From Octopus sinensis (lineage: Eukaryota): 64,000 nt of DNA. The position numbers and the translations under genes are program-made. This document shows, piece by piece, positions 1-10,020 of this stretch. How positions within the stretch are numbered: position 1 is the first letter of the stretch; every line of letters begins with the position of its first letter. Below the pieces are notes generated by a model. It was not told the DNA's origin. It did no database searches and worked only from the letters and a program-made list of their open reading frames with translations. The stretch covers positions 10,405 to 74,404 of the forward strand of contig NW_021833434.1 in the NCBI RefSeq assembly GCF_006345805.1. The letters are read 5' to 3'.

Positions 1-366
1 GTAAGGGAAATAACTATATAAGCATTTTTAGAGAGTCATAGCCAAAAAATAGCAAAAAATGCATTAAAAATTGAAAAAAAATTAAGGTAAATTTTTTTTA
101 AATCGTTGACACATCGTAGATATTTTTAGAGAGTTACTTCCCTTATATAAAAGCGAAAAAAATGCATTAAAATGGAAAAATATGATGGTAAATTTTTTTT
201 AAATCGTAGACTCATCGTAGACGCACGCTAATACCCAGAAGGGCTCGATATGAATCACGACTATAAGATACCCGCTTTTGGTTAAACTGCACCGCAAAAT
301 GTGGGAGTAGTTAGGAATCTAAATCGTAGGAGACAGACATCACACAACTTCACTCTTATATAAAGA
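1..366 (-). mobile_element. Non-autonomous Helitron-like element, 5' portion (3' end lies outside the window)
   Basis: Minus strand reads A|TCTTTATATAAGAGTGAAGTTGTGTGATGTCTGTCT from 367/366, a Helitron-type A|TC 5' terminus. Two degenerate ~100-bp subrepeats lie at 20-225. Confidence 0.6.
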
Positions 367-869
367 TGGTTTTTTTTTTCACTCATAGAGTTAGATTTAT
401 GAAGGTCTTCAGTAGAAAATCCTTCGAATTCTGACTCGCTGCTTGATATAATGAAATTCGTATCCATTTTTTGTCAGAATTACAAATTTTGAAAACACAA
501 TAGGAACAAATTTCGGAAAAAAAATCTCCCATAATTCACGGAATTAAAATTACACTTCGATTTTTGTACAAAACTGTAGTTGAACTCTTTACGAAGTATA
601 ATACGTGTTTTCACGAATGTACTAAAGAGATTTGCTCTGATATTCTCATTTAAATATGAATATGTAAATTCGGGCGTAATAAAATATATACAGAGTAAAA
701 TAAAAACCAATTTACCTTTCTGTCCGTCCGTGTGTCTTTGCAAATGTGTTGGAATGATAAGTGAGTTGTGATTTGGCGCCTTTTTTACTAATAACAAAAC
801 ACACGTGTTTGTATGTAGTTGTATGTGTATGTAGTTGTATGTAGTTGTATATGTATGTGTATGCGTGTG

Positions 870-1412
870 TGTGAGGAATGACACACACACACTCACGCAC
901 GCACACATGTACATCAATGCTTTCGGAGTGATATGTTAAAATATTGAGTTTTCTCGAATTTTGTCTTAATTGGTGGTAAAATTGAAAGAAATTTTTTATG
1001 GCATCACCCACTGAAGTACTCTGAAAAAATCTTAGGTAAACTCTAATTGAAGAAATTTTCTGTTTGCTGTGTTTTTTTATTTTTTGAGTAGTGGTTTAAA
1101 TACTTTCAGTTTAGTCTCCTCAAATCACTCTGTCGCTATTTACTTTCATTTTATTCGTTGCACACTGTGTGTATGCGTTTGCGTGTGGTATAAACCAGAC
1201 TAAGAAAAGCATTTGACACACACACCAGAATGTGAGTTTTCTGTAAATTTTGCTTAATTGGAGTTTAAATTTTAAAAACTGGACCTGGCATGACGCGATG
1301 CATTGTACTCTTAAAAATGCTAGGTAAATTGTAATTGAAGAAAAATCCTATATTGTAGATTTGTATAACTCCCAAAGGGAGGCAGATAAAATCTGCCTTT
1401 TATAATAAGAGA
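870..1412 (-). mobile_element. Second Helitron-like 5' terminus with internal degenerate duplication
   Basis: Minus strand reads A|TCTCTTATTATAAAAGGCAGATTTTATCTGCC; GGCAGAT/ATCTGCC form a 7-bp hairpin (1381-1397). Blocks ~935-1070 and ~1230-1350 are diverged copies of each other. No 3' CTAG end was found, so the left boundary is uncertain. Confidence 0.5.
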
Positions 1413-1454
1413 TATATATGTATATATATATGTGTATATATATATATTTATATA

Positions 1455-3032
1455 TCTCTATATATATAAAACTGAGAATGTCTGTCTGTCTGTGTGTTTC
1501 CATAAAACTTGAGAACTACACAACCAATTTCATTCAAATTTGACACATGCCTTACTTAGGGTCCATGTAGTTTCATGGGCACAAAAAAATGTTTAACTTC
1601 TTACCTAGAGCGAGCCCATAGCAATATCATATCTTCTCCACTATTTCAGTATTACGTAAAAGTGAAACAAAAGCATTTCTCTATTTTATGTCAGATGCTT
1701 TCACTTTAACATAAATAATAATAACAATTGAATTATATGTAGTAAGTAATAATTAAAATCAAACTAAAGTATAATATTATTGTAACATAACAAAAGTAAA
1801 AATAGCAATTGGTATAAAATTGCATCAATGACTTGAACTTGAATCAGTCGTTTCACATGAATGGGAATAAATAAAAAATAAATTTAAGTGGAGAAATGGA
1901 ATAGTCCAGATGGAGGTGTGCACGGCTTTTACATTAGATTATTTGCTAATTAGCTAGCATTAAGTATCTATATGAAGTTTGGCTGTATATAATGTCTGTT
2001 TTCTCGAAAGATGCTTCTACTGAGTACTGCTGTTGGTTTATTTCTGATCCATAAAGGTCTATAGCTTCAACAGAGTACTGCTCTTTGGTTTACTGTAAGG
2101 TTTGTGTTATTATTATTTCTGTTTAACTATTGTTATCACGTTTGTTGGTTCCTCGTAAGGGAAGCGTTGTTGTGTTGCATTTGTTAAATAATTGTAAACC
2201 GTAACCCTCCCCCTTTGGGAGAAGGAGCTTTGGTTATTGTTTAAAAATTGAATTGTGTCCCTGTTTGGGGAAATTGAAAATATTTTCACCGTTTACACAG
2301 AAACATTCTTGTTAAAATGTCTTCGATAGAAGAAAGTCCAAAAATGAATTTCGCTGCAGCTGTCGGCGGGCAGCGAATTCATTAAAATTAAAATGGAAGA
2401 AATACAAACCTATTTTGGATTGATCACCGACAAAGACGGTGAATCTAGGATAACACCACCAAACGAAATAAAAAAATTAAATTAAAGAAAAGACTATTGC
2501 CTATAAAGTATACAATGTAGAGAAAAAAAACGATTTAAACACCTGGAGGAAAGCACCATTGAAAAGTGTCTTGGTGTGACTGTGAAAGATATCAAGTATC
2601 TAACCAGAGGTGGTAAATTCGCCACAATAGAAGCAAGGTTCGAGTCAACGGAGCATGCAAGGGAGTACTCGACTCGAGCCTTGCAATGTGGAAATATTTT
2701 ATTTTTACCTTTATATCTGGGACATAGGAGGTCCCGGATAAAAATTAAAAATGTCCCCCCAAAAGTAGAGGTAGGCTGGATTGTAGCTACACTTCTATAC
2801 AAGAGGGAGGACAAGATAAAATTGATCGAAATTGCAAGAGACGGGCCTACAATTCCAGTCTGTTATATATTTTGAGTATTGTTATTACTAGCGATATCAA
2901 GATATAAGTTTGTATTTTGTATTTTATGTGTAGATGTATATATAGAGATGTACATGTAACATGTACACATATATATACACATATATACATGCACTAGCAC
3001 TATGACCCATCGTTGCCGGGTCATAATGCTAG
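1455..3032 (+). mobile_element. Non-autonomous Helitron (putatively complete) with internal cargo
   Basis: 5' A|TCTCTATATATATAAAACTGAGAATGTCTGTCTGTC at 1454/1455. 3' hairpin TATGACCC..GGGTCATA (3001-3025) is followed by CTAG|T (3029-3033). It sits in (TA)n context. Pairing these two ends as one element is an inference. Confidence 0.55.
2030..2865 (+). mobile_element. 5' UTR plus N-terminal ORF1-like fragment of a non-LTR retrotransposon (L1/Tx1-like), frameshifted
   Basis: ATG at 2318 (MSSIEESPKMNFAAAVGG) continues after shifts as ...KTIAYKVYNVEKKRFKHLEESTIEKCLGVTVKDIKYLTRGGKFATIEARF...FLPLYLGHRRSRIKIKNVPPKV, resembling ORF1 proteins of L1/Tx1-type LINEs. It stops abruptly at ~2865 with no ORF2 or tail. 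Confidence 0.5.
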
Positions 3033-3041
3033 TATATTTAT

Positions 3042-3043
<2 letters not shown>

Positions 3044-3105
<62 letters not shown>

Positions 3106-3107
3106 AT
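3044..3107. repeat. (TA)n microsatellite
   Basis: Direct reading; one interruption. Confidence 0.95.
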
Positions 3108-3638
3108 ACATGCATATAAATATAATGAGAAGCAAATTAGGCAAGTCGATTTAAGATATTTAATAAGTATTTGAAAATGGAATTGCATCTTCAAACTCTA
3201 TTCTGTCAACACCTCAAATGTAAAATTCTCCAGTGTAAAACTCTCCCCTGAAGACAAAGGCAATGTTATCCGATGATGACTGCAAATAACCACCATTATT
3301 CGGGACTACCAAGCTCCCAGAAACAGCTTTTGGACTTAAAAAACTCTACCTGTTTAACTCCTGATATCATTTATATTCTATAAGTCGGACTTATTTTATA
3401 TCTATACATATGTATATTTTTCCTATTAAATGTATTTAATATTCTGTGTAAAGCAACTTGTCTAATTTGCTTGTCATTATATTTACTCATCTACCAGCTG
3501 AAGTTCAAATCTCTTGAGCACTTCGAAGTGTATTCTATATAGAGAACACCTGTCTTCATCCTCTAAACTATATATATACATATATGTACATGCAGTCTGA
3601 ATAAGCGTATGCTTAAATGTAAATATATATATACATAA

Positions 3639-3867
3639 AAGGTGGCGAGCTGGCAGGACCGTTAGCACGCCAGGTGAAATGCATAGCCGTATTTCGTCTG
3701 CCGTTACGTTCTGAGTTCAAATTCTGCCGAGGTCGACTTTGCCTTTCATCTTTTCGGTGTTGATAAATTAAGTACCAGTTACACACTGGGGTCGATGTAA
3801 TCGACTTAATCCATTTGTCTGTCCTTGTTTGTCACCTCTATGTTTAGCCCCTTGTGGGTAATAAAGA

Positions 3868-3870
<3 letters not shown>
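3639..3870 (+). mobile_element. tRNA-derived SINE, well-preserved copy (family 1)
   Basis: Starts GGTGGCGAGCTGGCAG, has B-box-like GAGTTCAAATTC (3714-3725) and body GGTCGACTTTGCCTTTCATC...GATAAATTAAGTACCAG, and ends AATAAAGAAAC before (TA)n 3871-3927. Degenerate copies recur at 33.6 kb and 39.8-41.3 kb. Confidence 0.85.
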
Positions 3871-3930
<60 letters not shown>

Positions 3931-5510
3931 CCCACAAGCACATACATTTACATACACATGTGTATATATATATATGGAATCCACATAAGTGCATACTTAC
4001 ATGCACATGGTTCTTTAACAGGCATATGCACACAAGTATATGGGTACAAAGAACCTCTACTCACAGAACAGGAGGAGTACAAGCAGCTAGGGAAGCAAGT
4101 CATGCACATTCAGATTGAAAAGGTGAATGTGGGTGAGCAGACATAATTGGTTTGCAAAAATGGATGCTAAGCCCAGAAACCTATGCAGAGAAAACCAGTT
4201 GCCCCATGTTGCTTACAGTTTTAATTATTTACTGTTAATCAGACTTATGATAAAGTTTTAGCATTTAATCATTATTATTATTAATACAATAGTTATACAG
4301 ATGGGCATTCTAACTGGCATATTTATCATATAAGCAATGAGGATAGAGTGTACAACTAGTTTTTGCAGGGGATAGGATGTTGATGGGAGAGAGGAATTGT
4401 AAGCATTGATTGATCAAGTGACATTTGAATAAAATAGATTAATACTTAGATGTAGTCCCTTGAACAAGTAGACAGCCAAGCTGAGTGATATTTATGAAAA
4501 CCATTCCTTAAATATGTTAATGGCTGCTATGTCCAGAAAACATACGCAGAGAATAAAATAGTACCCCCATGTTGCTTACAATTTTAATTATTATTATTAT
4601 TAATGCAACATTTATACACATGTACACTTTAAGCAGCATATTTATCATATGAAAACGTGTGTGCAAACACGTATATAGGTGTGTTATATATGTGTATATT
4701 TTATGTATATATATGTGTGTGAATCTATATATGGCTTTGTCAATCAGTTTGCTTGGTATGCATCTTGTCATTTTATTTTCCTTTTTATGAGTTTTCTGTC
4801 TCCCCTTCTCTTTCTCTCTCTTTCTCTCTCTCTCTCCCTCTCTCTTGTTGTATATATTTGGTTTTGAGAGAAGTGTAGCTTTGTTCAGACTTCCTTGATG
4901 TAATACTTTGTCCACTATTTTATGTATTATTTCTCTTGCATCACTTCCATTTTATCATTAGCTATCACATACGAATCCTGTTTTCTAATTGGGTAAAAAT
5001 GATCAAACTTTAAACCTGTCTATCATTTTTCTAAAATTTTTCTAGAATAAATGAATTGCAAACTTGGTTTCAATGTGAAAAAGTACATCAATATACCAAA
5101 TTTGAAAATTTTCACCAAGTTCAAAATCTAACAGCTACAGAAAAGATCTCTCTATTTGTTTATCTCTTTGATTTTTTTGCTTTTCTCATGATGAATTTTC
5201 CCCCTGTCTATATATATATATTTGCAACTTTCTTTCTCTCTATATATAAACATAGTGAGCTCCAATTTTTTTTTAACTTCCAGGCTACTCCCAGTGTTTT
5301 TAAGTGAGTAGTGCAAAAAAAAATTGGCCAAATCAGTGGTGCGTGGAGGTTGTAAAAAACTTCATACATTTTCACAACTTTTTTATCATCAAAAGCCTTT
5401 CCACCTCCATTTGCAGACTGTGATGACGAAAAGTTGAAAAATGTTAAAAATCCAATTTATGTGGGTGTGCTATTCCAAAAGTTCACCAAGATATTCTATT
5501 GTAAAAATTG

Positions 5511-5536
5511 ACCAGGAACAACAGGATACTCAGCTA

Positions 5537-5537
<1 letters not shown>
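5511..5537 (+). mobile_element. Helitron-type 3' terminus (element body probably ~4960-5510)
   Basis: ACCAGGAACAACAGGATACTCAG-CTAG|T followed by (TA)n 5538-5577. It matches the termini at 53241-53267 and 53959-53986 (minus). Confidence 0.55.
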
Positions 5538-5578
<41 letters not shown>

Positions 5579-6239
5579 CTTGTATGTAAAAAGTTCAGAG
5601 TTTGCACACAAATAAATATATATTGAAAAAATAAGAAATAGAAGGTTTCAGTTGTTTAAGATAACTTCTTTGTGCTAGAGTAAAATTGAAAGAAAAATTG
5701 ACATAAATTAAATTATACTTTCGTAATATCAGTTCTCGAAGATTACATAATCATATTTTTCATATGAAAATTTCATGGTGCTGTATTTCATGTCCTTCTG
5801 ATTGTTACTTATGAATGCTAAAGAGTTATAACCTCTAATCAATTTTGTCTCTTTGAATTATGTTATCGCAAGTTAAGTCCATCATGTTATTTGGGCCTGA
5901 TGGGAGATACGTAGGAAATATGAGCATTAAATAATTGTCTACAGATGTAGATTTTGTAACCTAGGGGTAACCTAACTGAGCCAGTAGACTATATTATTAA
6001 TAACATTCATCTCTATTGACTCTATAGAATGTTGTTCTTTCTATTGTCTTTCTGCAGAAACTTTTGATACTACATATATATATATTTATATATATATATA
6101 TATATATATTGTCATTTTTCTTTTTCTTTTCTCTTTCTACATCATGTTACATTGTCTTCTTTAATGTCTTTCACTCACCATCACTTGTGTGTAAAAGCAA
6201 TATTCCCCACTCTCTCCATACTCTATGAGTTCTTTCTAT

Positions 6240-6560
6240 AGACTCAACAATGATTGACAGTATTTTCATTATTGTGGCTGGCAACTTCATTTAATATGTT
6301 GGCCAAAAAGATGGTGTTTTCCATAATGTTAGTGAAGGTTCTGGTTGTGATTTAAGAAATGGGGAGGGTGTAATGCTCCTAGAATCCTGTGATGCAAATC
6401 ATCAAACACATACTAATCTGGTGAACACATAAGTAGTCAGATAAATGACATTTTCACTAACAAACCAAACAGAAGGTTTTATTTGCTAGTGAAAATCTTT
6501 TCTAATGAAGAATGCACTATACAACATAGATTGGTAGCCAATAACATAACAGTCGGAGCT
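6240..6560 (+). mobile_element. Decayed RTE-LINE endonuclease remnant
   Basis: Translates to FIIVAGNF..VGQ..GVFH..GSGCDLRNGEGVMLLESCDAN and later EECTIQHRL, homologous to the AP-endonuclease region of the LINE copies at 9.1-9.4 kb. Confidence 0.55.
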
Positions 6561-6721
6561 AAGCAGACACAGGAATGAAATATGACTTGGAGAAGGAAAA
6601 TATGGAAACAAAACATCCCATAATTGGGAATAAGTCTAGGGAAATTTTAACTGATGCATATGGTTGTAAGGATAATGATTTAGGCACCTATAGCACAGAT
6701 GATAACTAGGAATTTCTACAA

Positions 6722-6805
6722 AATGTATGGTTAAGACGTTTGCTTCCCAAACATATGATTTCAAGTACAGCCTCACTGCACTACACCTTGGGCAAGTGTC
6801 TTCTA
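6722..6805 (+). mobile_element. Partial tRNA-derived SINE (family 2)
   Basis: tRNA-like head TATGGTTAAG...TTCAAGT followed by a CORE-like CCTTGGGCAAGTGTCTTCTA segment. Confidence 0.45.
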
Positions 6806-6971
6806 GACTGGTTTATATTAGTGGTTCTATTTCCTACTTTGCCACAGCTGTTAGCCATCTGTAATACCATTGTATAGTGAGTAGCTTTGGCTCTCGTTGT
6901 TAAGACTGATTTGTAACTTACCTGTAGATATTGAATTCCAATGTCAATGGAGTTTTCAATTTCAGTGTCTG

Positions 6972-9828
6972 CATCATCATCATCATCATCATCATTTAGT
7001 GTTCACTTTCCCTGCTGGCATGAGTTGGACAGTTTGACTGAGAACTGGCAAGCCAGAAGGCTGCACCATGCTCCAATTTGATCTGGCAAGGTTTCTACAG
7101 TTGGATGCCCTTCCTAACACCAACCACTCCGAGATTGTAGTAGGTGCTTTTTACACACCACCAGCACCAGAGCCAGTCAGGCGGCTCTGGCAATGACCAT
7201 GCTTGAATGGTACTTTTTATGTGCTACCGGCACAAGAACCAGCCAGGAACTATGCTTGCTGAGTATCATGTTGTTCCTGGTCAATTTTTACAATAGAATA
7301 TCTTGGTGAACCGGCACAAGAACCAGCCAAGAACTACGCTTGCATGGCGCTTTTTACGTGCCACAGGCATGGGACCAGTCAGCTGGCACTGGTATCAACC
7401 ACAGTTGTGTGGTACATTTTACGTGTCACTGGCATGGGAGCTAGTCCAGTGGGACTGGTATCAACCATGCTAGAATGGTGATTTTCATGTTCCACCGGCA
7501 TGGGTGCCAATCAGGCAGCACTGGCATCAGCCATGACAATGATTTCACTTGACTCAACAGGTCTTCTCAAGCACAGTTTATTGCCCTGTGGGCTGGTTAT
7601 GCTACACTGGCATATGGTCTCACTTGGCTTGCCAGGTTCTTCTCAAGGACTGCATATCTCCAAAGGTCTTGGTCACTTGCCATTGATTCCATGAAGCCTA
7701 ATGTTCGAAGGTTGTGCTTCACTACCTCATCCCAGGTCTTCCTGGGTTTACCTCTTCCACGAGTTCCCTCCACTGTTAGGGAGTAACAGTTTTTCACACA
7801 ACTGTCCTCATACATATGTAACACATGACCATACCAGCACAGTCATCTCTCTTGCACAGCACATCTGATGCTCCTTAAGTCCAAGTTCTTTCTCGTGGTG
7901 CTTACACTCCATTGTGTATGCACAGACATTACACATCCAGCAGAACATACAAGCTCCATTTCTTGCAAGCTTATGCATGTCCTCAGCAATCACAACCCAT
8001 GTCTCACTGCCATATAGCATGTCTGTTAGCACACATGCGTCATGCGAGAGGCCCTTTGTTACCAGCAGAGGTAGAAGCTCTCTGAACTTTGCCTCGGTTA
8101 TTCTTATTCTAGCAGCTACACTCTCAGAGCATCCAACTCTGTGACTGACTTGGTTACTTGGGTAATGGAAGCTGTCAACTATTTCTAGTTTTCCCCCTGG
8201 CATGTGATGAAAGATGTTTTCTACACATTTTCAGTGTTTGTTGCCGCAGTGCATTTGCCACACACAAAAACTATCTTCCTAGATAGCCTTTGTTTGATAT
8301 TGCGCCCATCTCTTATGTGTCAATAGCTTACACCAGGTACATCTTATGGAGTTTCTATGTATGCCTTTTCTACAGACCGAGAAGGGTGATCTACCTGAAG
8401 GGATTTGTAATTTGTCTACCTTCCTCTTTGGTTTTTGCTAGAGTGACTCTAAAGCCCTTCAACTCTAGACCTTGCTTCCACATCTGAAACTTCTCCTAGT
8501 TCTGATAGTGACTCAGCTATTAGAGCAAGGTCAGCAGCATAGGGGAGCTCTCAGAGCATCTTGTCTTGAATTCCTCTTTTATTACCTGGTGGATTATGAT
8601 CCATAAGTAGGGGCTGAGGACTGATCCTTGATGGACCCCTACCCTTACCCAGAATTCTTCACTATACTCATTACTAATCCTCACCTTACTGACAGCATCC
8701 CTGTACATAGCTTGCACAGCTCTCACTAACCACTCATCTATCCCTAGTTTCCACATTGACCACCAGATAGGGCTTTCTCCATGTCAATGAAAGCCAAGTA
8801 CAGAGGTTAATCTTTGGTTGGGAATTTCTCCTGCAGCTGTCTTACCAGAAATATAGCATCAGTGGTGCTTTTCCTTGGCATGAACTCAAACTGCATCTCA
8901 TCTAAACTGACTCTCTCCCTAATTAGTTGGGCTATGACCCTCTCCGTGACCTTTATTACCTGATCAAACAAGTTGATACCTTTGTAATTATCTGTATCTA
9001 AAGCGTCACCTTTATCTTTGTAGCAGTTGACTATGGTGCTGCTACACCAAATCATTGGATATTACTTCTTCATGTATCACCTGATTGACTATATGGGTGA
9101 CTAGACTATAGCTGACACCACCAGATATTTTAAGCATCTGCTAGACCTGTAGGTGAATAGGTGACTAGCAGGTTTCCTGAAGTTAGTATTACAAATCATA
9201 AGATCATTTACATCACAGAAATTCAGCAGCCTGTTTCCCGCCATAGCCACCATGCACACCATGGAAGTCCCCTGGATGTTGTCCAACATGCCCATTGAAG
9301 TCGCCAGCCACAAAGAGAAGGTCCTTGTCATTTGTCAATATGGTAGTCTGTAAGAGGGTATCATAACATCGGTCTTTCTGTTCATCAGGTAGCCCTTGCT
9401 GAGGGGCATAAGTCAAGATAATGGTTGCTAATCCATGTTGCGGTACTAATCTAAGCTTAAGTATTCTGTCATAGTCTCTGACTACCTTGATTACCTAATC
9501 AACCCATTTATCCGCAAGAAGTATACCCACACCCCTGACCCCATCAGTGTTTCCAGCCCAGAAAATCTTATACCTGTATTCTTTGCCTGTGAGGAACCTA
9601 GCAGAACTTCCTCTCCATCTTACTTCTTGGATACAGCACAAATCTACACGTCTCCATTCAAGCATTTTAACAATCTCACCAGCCCTACCTTTCAATGTGC
9701 CAATATTAAGTATACCAACTCTGAGGTTGTGGAAGGTATGGGCCTGCGAGACCCTGGGATGGGGGACAGCAGCATCATGTGCCTGAAAAGAAAGCTCGCA
9801 TTTGACAGAACTCATAAACATACAATAG
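6972..9828 (-). mobile_element. RTE-clade LINE copy 1 (APE endonuclease + RT), internally deleted and decayed
   Basis: Minus ORFs contain LRVGILNIGTLKGR/CCIQEVRW (APE), VAGDFNGHVG, GVHQGSVLSP (RT) and GRGKPRKTW. The modular 3' UTR ends in an (ATG)n tail seen as (CAT)n at 6972-6995. Confidence 0.92.
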
Positions 9829-10020
9829 ACTTCAACCTGCATGCACTACACCATCATTTTATGTCCTACATAATCACTACATTTCATAGGAGTTAAACAC
9901 TAAGTAGAGATGGGGTAGCATTTAAGCCATTGGAGGTGTTCAGGGGAAAGACATCTGATAGAGGTCAGAGGACAAAGACTTCCAGTATAGGTGGTGGGGT
10001 GGGATGGGCAGTCACAGCTT

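Noticed and set aside
480-1011. ORFs rich in H/T/Y/C/V (480-917, 712-1011; likewise 2863-3144, 3806-4146, 46801-47341, 56478-56723, 61090-61712, 62912-63941)
   Set aside because: They are translations of (CA)n, (TA)n and (TATG)n microsatellites, with no domain signature or splice support.
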